IMG/VR virus record: IMGVR_UViG_3300023174_003433
Coordinates: 1 to 64,000 of that record
DNA length: 64,000 nt
Reading direction: 5' to 3' (one strand)
Origin: a virus
Part shown: piece by piece, positions 26,131-36,141 of the stretch
Position numbering within the stretch: position 1 is the first letter of the stretch
Layout: every line of letters starts with the position of its first letter
Made by a program: the position numbers and the translations under genes
The notes under the pieces: generated by a model
The model's database searches: none
The model's input: the letters and a program-made list of their open reading frames with translations, nothing else
Told to the model about the DNA's origin: nothing

Positions 26131-27871
26131 AAGCTGCACCAACGACTTCAGTAAAATCAACACCAGTTCTTACTGCAATAAAGTTCAACTGGATAAAGTT
26201 GATAGAACGAGCAGGTTTGATATAAATGTCACCAACAAACTGGTTAGAATCAATGACTTGTGGTGTATTATTTGTTGTATCACAAACAACACGGAAGTCA
26301 TAGATACCACGGCGACCTTGAATATCACGGAGGAACGGTGTTACTAATGCTACAAACTGAGCTCGAGTAAATTCATCATTAAATTCAAACAATGAATACT
26401 TAGCGGCTTGAGCAATTGTTTTTTCTAATACAATAAACAATCTACGGACATTGATACGGTCAAAAGCGGAAGGCTTGATTTGTAATGTCTTGTCACCATA
26501 CAATACCGTGCCATTTCCTGGGAATGTGGCAACTGGATTAACACCCTTAGAATACAATGTATCTCTTTGTGTTTTTGTTGGATTCCATGCCAAACGAACA
26601 ACATTTTTTAGATTACCACGATTGAAACCAGCAGGCGAGAACCATGGATCACGAACATTGTCGGTATTAACACAAAGACCGGCAATATCACCGTTTAGTG
26701 GTACCCAACGATAAATGTTGTTGTATTTGTCAAACATATATTTCCAACCAGAATCAGCAACAGCATAAGATGTTGAACGACCTAATGCAGTTGTCCAATT
26801 CGTAATATTGGTTGTTTCGTTACCGGCTTGATTAATAACGTTTGCTGAAGGAGGTGAAATAAATGCTAAACAATCTTTACGAGTATTAACAATATTGTCA
26901 ATTACGTATTGTTGTGTTGCAATATTGCCATCACCAGTTAGTACTAAAGAAATGTCCACTTCATCACCGTTTTGGAATAAACCAAAAGCTGTTTGTGTAT
27001 TTGCTGCAGAAGGAGCATCATCTGCACCACCAGTTAAAACATATGTACTGGTTGTGTTAGAAGTGTAATATGTTGTATTAGCTAATGGTAAACCCCATGT
27101 ACTATAATTAGGAGCAGTACTTAGTCCATCGACAGCATAAATGTATTTTGAATTATTAAAAATTACATTTTTGAAGTAGTTTGAATTGCCTAAAGCATCA
27201 ACGGCATCAGATCCTTTTGACATAAATGGAAATACTTCTAACACAGTATTTCTAACACCAGTAATTAAGCCACCAGTATCAACAACAATACCGTGAATTT
27301 CATCATACAATGCGCCAGCAGAATTAGCTTGTTCTGATGTTCCTGGAGCTCCAGTAAAATATGGTGCAAGTGTTACTACAATATTTGTATTTGATCCAGC
27401 TTGATATGTGGTGATATTCCAAGTAGCAAAAGTACTACTTGAATCACAGAAAGAAACTGTTAAAGAATTTCCTAAAGCACCAGGATACCTTGCAAAAGCT
27501 GGACCAGCAGCGGCTCCAGCAGAGCCAGTTAAATAAGCCGCTTGAAATACATCTTCGTTTGGAATTTGTAAAGCTGTACCGCTTGTGTTGGCACGAGCAT
27601 TTCGGCCAGCGGAACCAACTGCACGAACAACAGTTAAGTTATTACCATAAGCTAAGAATGAAGCAGCAGTAAAAAATGATGTTGCTGAGTTGCTGTCTGG
27701 AGTACCAAATACACTTGCAAGAGTAATCTCGCTATCTACTTGAATTCTTTTTTGTGCTGGACCCCATTTGAAATTTCCAGCAAAAGCACCGGCTGTAGTT
27801 AGTACTGAAGGTACGACTGTGGTTAAGTCAACTTCAGATACATTTACGCCTGGAGAGATTTGAAATGCCAT
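26129..27871 (-). CDS. gp18: tail sheath protein
   Basis: SPGVNVSEVD, PWFSPAG, FDRINVRRLF, IKPARSINFIQLNF. Confidence 0.98.
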   Translation of the reverse strand: MAFQISPGVNVSEVDLTTVVPSVLTTAGAFAGNFKWGPAQKRIQVDSEITLASVFGTPDSNSATSFFTAASFLAYGNNLTVVRAVGSAGRNARANTSGTALQIPNEDVFQAAYLTGSAGAAAGPAFARYPGALGNSLTVSFCDSSSTFATWNITTYQAGSNTNIVVTLAPYFTGAPGTSEQANSAGALYDEIHGIVVDTGGLITGVRNTVLEVFPFMSKGSDAVDALGNSNYFKNVIFNNSKYIYAVDGLSTAPNYSTWGLPLANTTYYTSNTTSTYVLTGGADDAPSAANTQTAFGLFQNGDEVDISLVLTGDGNIATQQYVIDNIVNTRKDCLAFISPPSANVINQAGNETTNITNWTTALGRSTSYAVADSGWKYMFDKYNNIYRWVPLNGDIAGLCVNTDNVRDPWFSPAGFNRGNLKNVVRLAWNPTKTQRDTLYSKGVNPVATFPGNGTVLYGDKTLQIKPSAFDRINVRRLFIVLEKTIAQAAKYSLFEFNDEFTRAQFVALVTPFLRDIQGRRGIYDFRVVCDTTNNTPQVIDSNQFVGDIYIKPARSINFIQLNFIAVRTGVDFTEVVGAA

Positions 27872-27924
27872 TTTATTATCTCCTTGAATATGATGTTATA
27901 TTGGCAATTAAGATACCATACGAA

Positions 27925-27948
27925 TATTTATGAAAGGCCATATTTAGA
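27925..27948 (-). promoter_or_regulatory. tandem late promoter variants (TCTAAATA, CATAAATA)
   Basis: TAAATA cores upstream of gp18. Confidence 0.6.
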
Positions 27949-29623
27949 GATTCCTCATAGCGTCTTTAATAAATTTTGAATATAGTTCGGAACCATCGGC
28001 AACTTCCCACAAATCTCCGTCCATATTTTCATACCGTTCACCCAGTCCGTCATCAATAATTGGAGCCGGAAGAACTTCTTCATCTAACTGATTCATATTT
28101 TCTAACTGAATCTGTTTACGAATATCATGGTTTACGATGTCTTTAAAGTATTTTTGAGTGGCCACCCAAGCAAAAAGTACCAAAGTCATTACTAAATCAT
28201 CATTATTATCATCTTCTGCCGCAAATGATGTTTTACTTGCCACAAAAGTTGTCAGTTCCGAAATGGTATCAAAATCTGGAATCAACAACTTATCACCTTC
28301 AATCAATGTTTTTAAATTGGAACAACCAATTCTTTTGACGGCCACAGACATTTTAAGTCCCATCTGTATGCCTCGGCCAAATCCACTATGTAACTGTTGT
28401 GGTTTTTTATTTCCTGTAAACACTTTCCAAAGATTCTCATACTCTAAATCTTGGTGTATAATGTCAGCTACCTGTGGATTGTTATTAATTTCAACCAAAA
28501 TGTAGGCATCATTATAATACCGAGCGGCATTATGAATCACCGTAGGAAACAATATGGGTGAAATAGAAGAACTCTTATACACCGCCACCTGTCTATATGG
28601 TGTTGATGAAATATCAAATACAGAAAATGCTGAGCAATCCAGATTACGACCTTCTGATACGTCCACGGTAATACAATACAGATGGTCTTTGGTAGTTTCA
28701 TCGTCACCTTTAATCGGATGTTCATAGATTATCATCTTATCATGGTGAGCAATTGGCGGACTGTAGGTCATCTTCTGTAACTTGGTACCAGCAATAAGAG
28801 TATTGGTGGAACCTAAAAACTCGGTTTCAAACTCCTGTCGGAACTGGTGTTCAGAAGTATTACGAATCGTTTCTTCTTTCCAATTCTCATCACGACCTGG
28901 TACCATCGACCAGTGTACCTCAAACGGCACATAGTTGTTTCTTTTATTGATGGCATCTGTCCATATCTTATAGAACAGATTCATACCATTAGGTGTAGAA
29001 ACAATAATAATCTTTGTTTTAGTACCAGCAGTAATAACAGGATAAACTGAGGTAAAGAATTCTGTGGCAATATTAGATGGTACGAAAGCAAACTCATCTA
29101 AGAATACAATGTTAAACGAACCAGAACGAGCTGCTGAAGAAGATGTTGAAGAAGCAATAATTACAGAACCATTCTCTAGTTCTACACGACCTTTGTTCCA
29201 CTCAACGACACCTTGCTGTAACCACATAGGCAGATTCTCATAGGCCAGTTGTAACTTACCAAGAATGCCACGAGCAGTTTCACCACGATTGGCCAAAACG
29301 GCAATTGATTGTGCATCTTGAAAGAGTATTGTCCAAAGAAGATATGCCACCGTGGTGGTTGTTTTACCCACCTGTCGTGGACATTTCATAATAGTAAAAC
29401 GATTATTGTGAAAAGTTCGTATCATGTCTTGCTGAAAATCATACATCCTGAAATCAGTTACACCGTCATCTAGTGTGATAATTTTAATGTACTTGGCAAA
29501 ATAGATAGGATCTCTAGAACACTTGATATATTCATCAACTTGGTCTTGAGTAAAATTGACTTGAACTCCTACTCGTTTGAGTAGAGGGTTGTCACGGTAA
29601 CTTTCTTTATTCTTTGCTGGCAT
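27944..29623 (-). CDS. gp17: terminase large subunit
   Basis: PRQVGKTT, LDEFAF, STPNG, DDLVM. Confidence 0.98.
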   Translation of the reverse strand: MPAKNKESYRDNPLLKRVGVQVNFTQDQVDEYIKCSRDPIYFAKYIKIITLDDGVTDFRMYDFQQDMIRTFHNNRFTIMKCPRQVGKTTTTVAYLLWTILFQDAQSIAVLANRGETARGILGKLQLAYENLPMWLQQGVVEWNKGRVELENGSVIIASSTSSSAARSGSFNIVFLDEFAFVPSNIATEFFTSVYPVITAGTKTKIIIVSTPNGMNLFYKIWTDAINKRNNYVPFEVHWSMVPGRDENWKEETIRNTSEHQFRQEFETEFLGSTNTLIAGTKLQKMTYSPPIAHHDKMIIYEHPIKGDDETTKDHLYCITVDVSEGRNLDCSAFSVFDISSTPYRQVAVYKSSSISPILFPTVIHNAARYYNDAYILVEINNNPQVADIIHQDLEYENLWKVFTGNKKPQQLHSGFGRGIQMGLKMSVAVKRIGCSNLKTLIEGDKLLIPDFDTISELTTFVASKTSFAAEDDNNDDLVMTLVLFAWVATQKYFKDIVNHDIRKQIQLENMNQLDEEVLPAPIIDDGLGERYENMDGDLWEVADGSELYSKFIKDAMRNL

Positions 29624-30035
29624 TGTTCTTTAGTAATTTGCTGAGTTCAGATGTTGAACCAACAAAAATAGCCTTATCAATATTGGTATTATTTGTTTCT
29701 TTTTTAATACCTTCCATTTCACGCATTTCTTTTTGTATCTTCAATAATCTATCATTGGCTTCGGTCATATTTTTTAATAGACCAGAATATACTTCAAACG
29801 CTCGTGGGTGTTGGCCAGCTTTGGCAATATTGAGTATTTCTTCCATGGCTTCTTTGCCTTGGTCAATAATACCTTGAAGATTTTCTTTTGATTGCTGATA
29901 AGCATCATTCAAATCTTGTTTGATATCTGCTTCATTATACTTAGCAGATACTACAGGTAAAGGAGTAATTTTTTCTTCTTTTACTGTGGGCGTCACATCA
30001 AATATTTGTTCCATATTCTTTTCAAAATTGTTCAT
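29607..30035 (-). CDS. gp16: terminase small subunit
   Basis: HPRAFEV, IFVGSTSEL; precedes gp17. Confidence 0.93.
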   Translation of the reverse strand: MNNFEKNMEQIFDVTPTVKEEKITPLPVVSAKYNEADIKQDLNDAYQQSKENLQGIIDQGKEAMEEILNIAKAGQHPRAFEVYSGLLKNMTEANDRLLKIQKEMREMEGIKKETNNTNIDKAIFVGSTSELSKLLKNNASKE

Positions 30036-31027
30036 AGTGTATTAGGAAATTCCGTTATTGTGGTGGTATATGTATAATCAACATTGGCGTTAGCTGTATT
30101 AGCCGTTGTGGGATTAGGCACAACAGTAATTGTGGCCATTTTTTCTGCTGGCACAACGTAAGAAGTAAATTGATAATTTGAATTTGTTTTTGTGCCTATA
30201 ATACGTGCATCAGATACAAAATTACCTTGTATGTTGGTCAAATGTAATATATTATTAGTCCACAAAACAACACGACCTGATGCCGTAGATTCTTGTGCTG
30301 AATATCCTTGATATACAATTTCACCGGTTTGATATTTTCCTGTGCCGGTATTGGCCATATTAAATTGAACAACATCAGTTGATGAAATATCATTAAATAT
30401 GTTTGTAATTGAAGTTCTAATTTGGCCTGTTGGTGTAGTTTTACCAAACACATAACCCTTAACAGTAAAACTTAAAGTCCAAATAATCATACGAGTTTCG
30501 GATTCTTTATCACCTTCATAAACGATGTCGTGTGTTGTACTATTTAACACGACAGGTATTTCTTTAACAATACCCATTTCAGGAATTAAATTTAATTTAA
30601 TGGTATAATCTGGTGCAAAGAATGGTAAAATATGTTCAATGATTTGTGTACCATCTTCTATGTTTCGTACATAGATGTAAAGATTAAAATCAAAATTATA
30701 TGGCACAGGATTATATTGTGAAATTAATCCGCCAGTTGTAGATGCAAATTGTTTAACATTAGTATTTTGTTTACGAGAAGAATCGTAAGAAAGGCCTGCC
30801 ATTTCAAATGACATTCTTGGTAATGCTATTTGAATTTTTTTACTTAAATCTGGATCATCTTCTAAACGTTTTACGTATAATTCTTTTGTTGCATACACAA
30901 TGGGCACCAACATACGTTCTGCTTCTGTTAAATCTGGATTATAACGAACTAGAGTAATGTTATCGAATAGGTTACCAAACCCAATGACCATCTTTCGAAT
31001 GATTCGGTGATATGTGGTATTTGACAT
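30032..31027 (-). CDS. gp15: tail sheath stabilizer / terminator
   Basis: FGNLFDNI, LPRMSFE, QIIEHILPFF. Confidence 0.93.
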   Translation of the reverse strand: MSNTTYHRIIRKMVIGFGNLFDNITLVRYNPDLTEAERMLVPIVYATKELYVKRLEDDPDLSKKIQIALPRMSFEMAGLSYDSSRKQNTNVKQFASTTGGLISQYNPVPYNFDFNLYIYVRNIEDGTQIIEHILPFFAPDYTIKLNLIPEMGIVKEIPVVLNSTTHDIVYEGDKESETRMIIWTLSFTVKGYVFGKTTPTGQIRTSITNIFNDISSTDVVQFNMANTGTGKYQTGEIVYQGYSAQESTASGRVVLWTNNILHLTNIQGNFVSDARIIGTKTNSNYQFTSYVVPAEKMATITVVPNPTTANTANANVDYTYTTTITEFPNTL

Positions 31028-31920
31028 TAAATTTCTCCAAACGGATTGGTCTCAGAGAAATCTATAATTGCGTCTGCTTGAGTATTAATATACTTGTTGT
31101 CATAACTTTCATTATAAGAATTATCTAATTGTGTATCATATGAAGTTAATATGTAACGTGCATTACTTGATGCACCAATAATTACAACATTATTTGTAAA
31201 CTCACCAGAAATATTACTGATCATTAGAGAATTGGCCGATGGTGTCCAAGCTTGTACGATTGCCACAGAAGTGGCATTGGCTTCAGTTTGGTCTGCGGCT
31301 TGATATACTGTTTCGTTTATTATATAATTATTTGCATTACCAGTTTTTGCGCCAGTAACCAACTTAATCATGTAACCAGAATCATTAACAATCATATCAA
31401 TATCGTTAACACCAGTATCAATAATTTCTTGAGCATACTTAAATTTCTCAAGGCGTAACTCATAAAAATATGGTTGTTTACGACCCAATGTATGAAAATC
31501 TTTTGCTTGCTCAGTAAATGTTATTTCATATAATTCACCAGTACCATTTAAAAATGGCACATAGACTAAATCACCTTCCCTTGGTCGTGTGAATGTATTT
31601 TGTGGAACTCGTTGTTGGAATGTCCTACGAGAAACAGATACCGTTACCACATTTTTAATTTCTAGGCCAAACTTAGAAAAGAACTCTTGTTGACCTTGGT
31701 AATCCATTACGTCACCAGAAAGGTACATTTCTAATGGAAAAGCTGATTTGAATTTTTTAACTGGATCTTCACCATATAATATATCTCTATCTGCCGGATT
31801 TTCTATAGGCAAATAGAATGCATCAAAACCCATGATTTGCATGGATTCAACAATCAGATCCTCTATTACTCTTTGTTCGGCAGTAGAGTTGTAGTTATTA
31901 AAATAAACCGATGTTGGAAT
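31027..31920 (-). CDS. gp14: neck protein gp14 (probable ATT start at 31920)
   Basis: frame extends 26 codons above the ORF-track ATG: IPTSVYFNNYNSTAEQRVIEDLIVES; PREGDLVY motif. Confidence 0.88.
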   Translation of the reverse strand: MPTSVYFNNYNSTAEQRVIEDLIVESMQIMGFDAFYLPIENPADRDILYGEDPVKKFKSAFPLEMYLSGDVMDYQGQQEFFSKFGLEIKNVVTVSVSRRTFQQRVPQNTFTRPREGDLVYVPFLNGTGELYEITFTEQAKDFHTLGRKQPYFYELRLEKFKYAQEIIDTGVNDIDMIVNDSGYMIKLVTGAKTGNANNYIINETVYQAADQTEANATSVAIVQAWTPSANSLMISNISGEFTNNVVIIGASSNARYILTSYDTQLDNSYNESYDNKYINTQADAIIDFSETNPFGEI

Positions 31921-31921
31921 T

Positions 31922-32497
31922 TTAGGTACCTATCTTTCTTTTCATTCTTGGTTTAAATGCTCTACCAAGAAACCATCCGGTTGGAATTGTATCTCCATTT
32001 TTAATTTTTTTTGAATCTGTGTTATTGTTTATCCAAATAGAGCCAAAACTAGGATTTTTTTGGCCAGTTCTTGTTCCTATCATTGATTTTTTTATATTTA
32101 ACCTATGTTCTTTTGATTTTGGTTTTTTGTGTTTGTTTTTTGTTTCTTCTGAAAGTTTCCAAGTTTTGCCTTTGGAACCATTTGTTAATTTCCTAACTTT
32201 CAAAAATTGATTTTTTTTAATTGTTTTTTCTTCTTCGGTTAAATTATTCCAAAATTCTTTACCTTTTTTAGATAAATGGTTTTTTATTGATTCTTGATTC
32301 ATTATACCTTTAAGTATATCTTCTTTACCAATTAAACCGGCCAGTCCTTGCCAAGCATAATAATCTTGATATCTTCCTTGTTCTTCCCAAAGCAATTTAT
32401 GAGCTTCGGCGTGTTCTTCAACAGTAAGTTCTATTAAGTTTGATGGATCATCAGTACCACCAGCGTGTTTTGGAATAATATGGTGTTTATGTTTCAT
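31922..32497 (-). mobile_element. free-standing HNH homing endonuclease with NUMOD3-like tail
   Basis: HKHHIIPKHAGGTDDPSNLIELTVEEHAEAH; LSEETK; fills the gp13-gp14 junction with 1-nt gaps. Confidence 0.88.
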
Positions 32498-32498
32498 A

Positions 32499-33272
32499 TC
32501 AATTCATTAGAAATTCCAATGGCGCTCCGTATTCGGTTTGCATTTCGGTTTCCAGCTTCTCAATTTCACCTACCGCTTCTTCATAAATCTTATCACCATT
32601 AAGTGTGACACCACCTGGTAACTGTAAGCCAGAAAACTTTTTGAGGTTATTTCCCCATGTTCGTTTAATTAAAGCGGTAGTATATTCTTTTAACCAACGG
32701 TCATTCCACACACGATTATATGTTGTGGCATCAATACAAGCATAACATTCGGCAACTACAATTGTACCCGCTGGTGCTTCAGATGCTCCCCATGCCCAAT
32801 CAATAAAGAGTTTTCCCATATGTCGTTGGAAACGAATAGGAACTTCTCCACTAAACAATAACTCTAGTGAACGTAAATGCTGTTGAGTTAAGGTATAATT
32901 GACGTATGATGCGGAGGTGAAGTCGTAGAGTTCGTTTAGACGGAGTTGATACCGCAGGTCAAACATATTAATAGTTGCCTGAGAATCTTGAACTGGAAAA
33001 ATACGAGTAACGCCAACAATGTCCAAAGGAACATTGGCAGAATCTAACACATTGGTTAAATTCAAATATTGATTATTGACATCGGTATCCGTAATCCTTC
33101 GAATATAATAGATTTTTTGGAGACCATCAAAGTGGTAGTCTTGCCAATATTGAATGGCATCATCTATTCTATCTTCTAACTGGTCATCATCAATATTGAT
33201 TTCAATGACTGGAAAACCTAATCGTCTGAGGCAATAATCTTTGAGTGTTTGTCTACTAGTTACCGCTGGCAT
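32499..33272 (-). CDS. gp13: neck protein
   Basis: YCLRRLGFPVIEIN, WGNNLKKF, LPGGVTLNG. Confidence 0.95.
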   Translation of the reverse strand: MPAVTSRQTLKDYCLRRLGFPVIEINIDDDQLEDRIDDAIQYWQDYHFDGLQKIYYIRRITDTDVNNQYLNLTNVLDSANVPLDIVGVTRIFPVQDSQATINMFDLRYQLRLNELYDFTSASYVNYTLTQQHLRSLELLFSGEVPIRFQRHMGKLFIDWAWGASEAPAGTIVVAECYACIDATTYNRVWNDRWLKEYTTALIKRTWGNNLKKFSGLQLPGGVTLNGDKIYEEAVGEIEKLETEMQTEYGAPLEFLMN

Positions 33273-33293
33273 ATTACCCTCCTATTATAGAGG

Positions 33294-33301
33294 TATTTAT
33301 A
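33294..33301 (-). promoter_or_regulatory. late promoter TATAAATA
   Basis: exact consensus upstream of gp13. Confidence 0.8.
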
Positions 33302-33312
33302 CCTTGTCCTGT

Positions 33313-34146
33313 TTATTGTATTCCAAGACTTTTCCTTATTTTGGTTGCGGAAATATCAGTAATTGATTTATCAAAAGACTCTTGTTCAATTTTATAACCT
33401 ACATCACGACCATAAGTAATATTTACAATGTTTGGTACCACCTGAATCTCATATTGACCTTGAAACAACGGATCCAAATCTCTACGGATGTATGATTTAA
33501 CTTGTTCAATGGCAAAAGGATTAGAACCTTGCCATCCTTGACAGTCACGGATTTGAATAACCACTTGACCAGTTTTGGCAATGGCTCGCTCAAATAAAGC
33601 TCGATGGCCTTCATGCCATGGTTGCCAACGACCTAACATCTGTACAGTTTCTTTCTGCCAGTCAAATGTTGGACGCCTACGATTCTCAATGATATGGTTA
33701 CCAATAAACTCAGCCCATTTTTCAGCATTTTGTTCTGTCACACGGAAGTCATATACTTCTGGTGGAATGAACGCTTTATTGGTATCTTCAAATCGACCTT
33801 TTTCAATTGTGTCCATCCAAATAGTCCAATCGGCTTTAAAGTTGTTTCTCATCTCAACCAATGGCGCCACAAAATCACAGATAACATAATCACCGCCAGC
33901 CTCTAAAGCAAACTGTGCCATTCTTAGAGATTGGCGAATACGACCAGCATCTGAGAAATCCCAATCATTATATTTTTTACGAACTTCATCAGCATTAAAC
34001 CAAGTGACTTGAGCATTAAAGCCTGTAATTGGCAACATCTCAGCAATATTATTCGTTGTACCGTTTTTTTCAAGGTATTTTTTTAAGGCTTCTGCCATAA
34101 ATGTTTTTCCAGAACCTGGTAATCCCATAATCAAAATCTTTTTCAT
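33313..34146 (-). CDS. adenylylsulfate-kinase-like domain fused to HxGH nucleotidyltransferase
   Basis: GLPGSGKT, NADEVR, DFSDAGRIRQ; C-terminal GRWQPWHEGH and ISATKIR. Confidence 0.8.
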   Translation of the reverse strand: MKKILIMGLPGSGKTFMAEALKKYLEKNGTTNNIAEMLPITGFNAQVTWFNADEVRKKYNDWDFSDAGRIRQSLRMAQFALEAGGDYVICDFVAPLVEMRNNFKADWTIWMDTIEKGRFEDTNKAFIPPEVYDFRVTEQNAEKWAEFIGNHIIENRRRPTFDWQKETVQMLGRWQPWHEGHRALFERAIAKTGQVVIQIRDCQGWQGSNPFAIEQVKSYIRRDLDPLFQGQYEIQVVPNIVNITYGRDVGYKIEQESFDKSITDISATKIRKSLGIQ

Positions 34147-34156
34147 TTGTATTCCT

Positions 34157-34894
34157 TTATTGAGGTTTGCATAATAAATTATTTCCTACTACCTTATAAT
34201 CATATTCATACTGATCTAAAAATTGCTTGATATCATCTATAATAGTTTTTCTGTTGTCGCAGTGTTCCACAAATATAATAGGTAGGTGCTTTTTGATTGT
34301 ATTGGAGCCTCCAACTAAAACATCTAAGTCCATACCTTCTACATCTATCTTTAGCAGATGCACTTTAGGTATATTATAGTGTTCTAAAAACCAATCAATT
34401 GTGTGTATGTCAACAACGACTTTATTGTTTGTTTTTTCGGTAATAATATCTTCTACTAAACTAAAAGTACCAAAATCATTTTTTCTAAAGTAATTAGGTT
34501 CTTCAAATTCAATTTTAGTATTATCTTTACCTAATCCAATGTTGTATGGATATACATTATATAGATTGTTTATAGAAGCATTTCCACACAGCATTTTAAA
34601 CACTTCTCTTTGAGGCTCAAAAGAATATATTTTTCCTTGAGGAAAGGCTCTGGACATCCAAGTGGTAAACGTTCCTATATTGGCACCAATGTCAAATATT
34701 ATAGGTTCAGAATATTCTTTAATTGATTCATAACAATTGAATGCTTCAATCGTAGAAGTATTTCCATGATCTAATAACCATTGGCCATGACCAACTTGTT
34801 CACTATTACAATCAAATCGATTTACAATCATTAAACCGTGGTCACAACTCAGTAACACATTTCGGTGAACTTTATCACCTATATTAAAAACCAT
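34157..34894 (-). CDS. FkbM-family methyltransferase
   Basis: FDIGANIG, SFEP, LKIDVEG. Confidence 0.9.
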   Translation of the reverse strand: MVFNIGDKVHRNVLLSCDHGLMIVNRFDCNSEQVGHGQWLLDHGNTSTIEAFNCYESIKEYSEPIIFDIGANIGTFTTWMSRAFPQGKIYSFEPQREVFKMLCGNASINNLYNVYPYNIGLGKDNTKIEFEEPNYFRKNDFGTFSLVEDIITEKTNNKVVVDIHTIDWFLEHYNIPKVHLLKIDVEGMDLDVLVGGSNTIKKHLPIIFVEHCDNRKTIIDDIKQFLDQYEYDYKVVGNNLLCKPQ

Positions 34895-34895
34895 T

Positions 34896-35528
34896 CTATT
34901 CTTTCAACTTTTTAAAAGCCACTTGAAAAGAATCTGGTAAATGTATTAATTCTATTTTATGCCAATTACATTGTATAAACATCTCAATGCCCATTCTTGG
35001 AGAGAGTTGTACAGGAGCACTACCATGTTCATCAACAAGTTTCCAGCCTATAGAATCGTCACATAACATTACTCCGCCTACTGGCAGTAATCTCCAAGAT
35101 AGCATCATATCTTCTAGAACAGCAGCAGATGTATGGTCACCATCAACAAAAATAAATTCAGCTGTTTCTTTTTGATGAATCAACTCGACTAAAGCCTCAT
35201 AACTGTATTTGTTAATGTATGTTACATTGCCTACACACTTACTTAAATTATATTCAAACGTTCTTTTAATTGTTTTAAAATCAAAATTTGGATTATCATT
35301 TAATGTGGTGTGTGGATCAATGGCATATATTTTAAATTTATCATTATGAATTTTACCAAACTCTGAAACCCAAAATGTGGTTATTCCTTCAAAACAACCA
35401 ATTTCTATCATTGTGTTTGGTACACCAAACTTTTCAAATAAAAATTTAATATTCGTTTGAGTTCTTTCTCTACCCATATCGACTGTTGAAATATACATAT
35501 CAATTATTCTTTTTATGCCAATCAGCAA
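34896..35528 (-). CDS. class I SAM methyltransferase (Methyltransf_24-like)
   Basis: EIGCFEG, AIDP, FVDGDH, GGVMLCDD; true start may be ATG ~35498. Confidence 0.82.
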   Translation of the reverse strand: MLIGIKRIIDMYISTVDMGRERTQTNIKFLFEKFGVPNTMIEIGCFEGITTFWVSEFGKIHNDKFKIYAIDPHTTLNDNPNFDFKTIKRTFEYNLSKCVGNVTYINKYSYEALVELIHQKETAEFIFVDGDHTSAAVLEDMMLSWRLLPVGGVMLCDDSIGWKLVDEHGSAPVQLSPRMGIEMFIQCNWHKIELIHLPDSFQVAFKKLKE

Positions 35529-36141
35529 ATCTTCCTGGCTTATGCACTCTGATAAAAATATTTACACTTTCACAGACATTCGCCATAGTATTTAAATTAA
35601 TGTCCATCTGTTTTGGTGCCAGCATACCATCTTGCTGTTGTTGTAACCAATAGCCAACCATATTGTAAGTCACATCATAAACTTCCAAATCTACGTCATG
35701 GTATAATCCAAATGTACTATCACTTAATTTTTTAGCAATAGATTCAAAATTTACTTTTTGGTCAAACATTTTAAAAGTTTTGGCAGTCAATGGCCTAACA
35801 TGAGTGTAATCGTCCCAAAACAAATCACACCGATGATGTGGTACATTGATAAACCATTCTGCTTGATCTGCACTTACTCGATACATTTCTTTAATAATAT
35901 TGGTAAAAACTTTTGGATCTTGACCTAAATGTTCCAAAACATTATCTGCTGTAATTTTTTCAAAGAAGTTATCTTCATATGGCCAAGGAGTTATTTCAAA
36001 ATCTAATACTTCATCAGGATTACATTTGGCTTCTACATCTACATTCCAATGGTCGTTTAATTTTTTAAATCCACAACCCATGTTTAGTTTTTTATTTTCT
36101 GGTGTCATAATATATTCCTTTATTAAATCCAAGCATTCCAA
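35500..36141 (-). CDS. class I SAM methyltransferase-like protein
   Basis: LNMGCG, NVD, VLEHL, EMYRV, DDYTH; true start likely at MTPENK. Confidence 0.8.
   Translation of the reverse strand: MECLDLIKEYIMTPENKKLNMGCGFKKLNDHWNVDVEAKCNPDEVLDFEITPWPYEDNFFEKITADNVLEHLGQDPKVFTNIIKEMYRVSADQAEWFINVPHHRCDLFWDDYTHVRPLTAKTFKMFDQKVNFESIAKKLSDSTFGLYHDVDLEVYDVTYNMVGYWLQQQQDGMLAPKQMDINLNTMANVCESVNIFIRVHKPGRFADWHKKNN

Noticed and set aside
23816-29623. Inteins or introns in portal, sheath or terminase
   Set aside because: Lengths and motif spacing are ordinary, with no intein terminal motifs seen
31922-32497. Group I intron around the HNH gene
   Set aside because: The ORF fills the gp13-gp14 gap with 1 nt on each side, leaving no room for a ribozyme core
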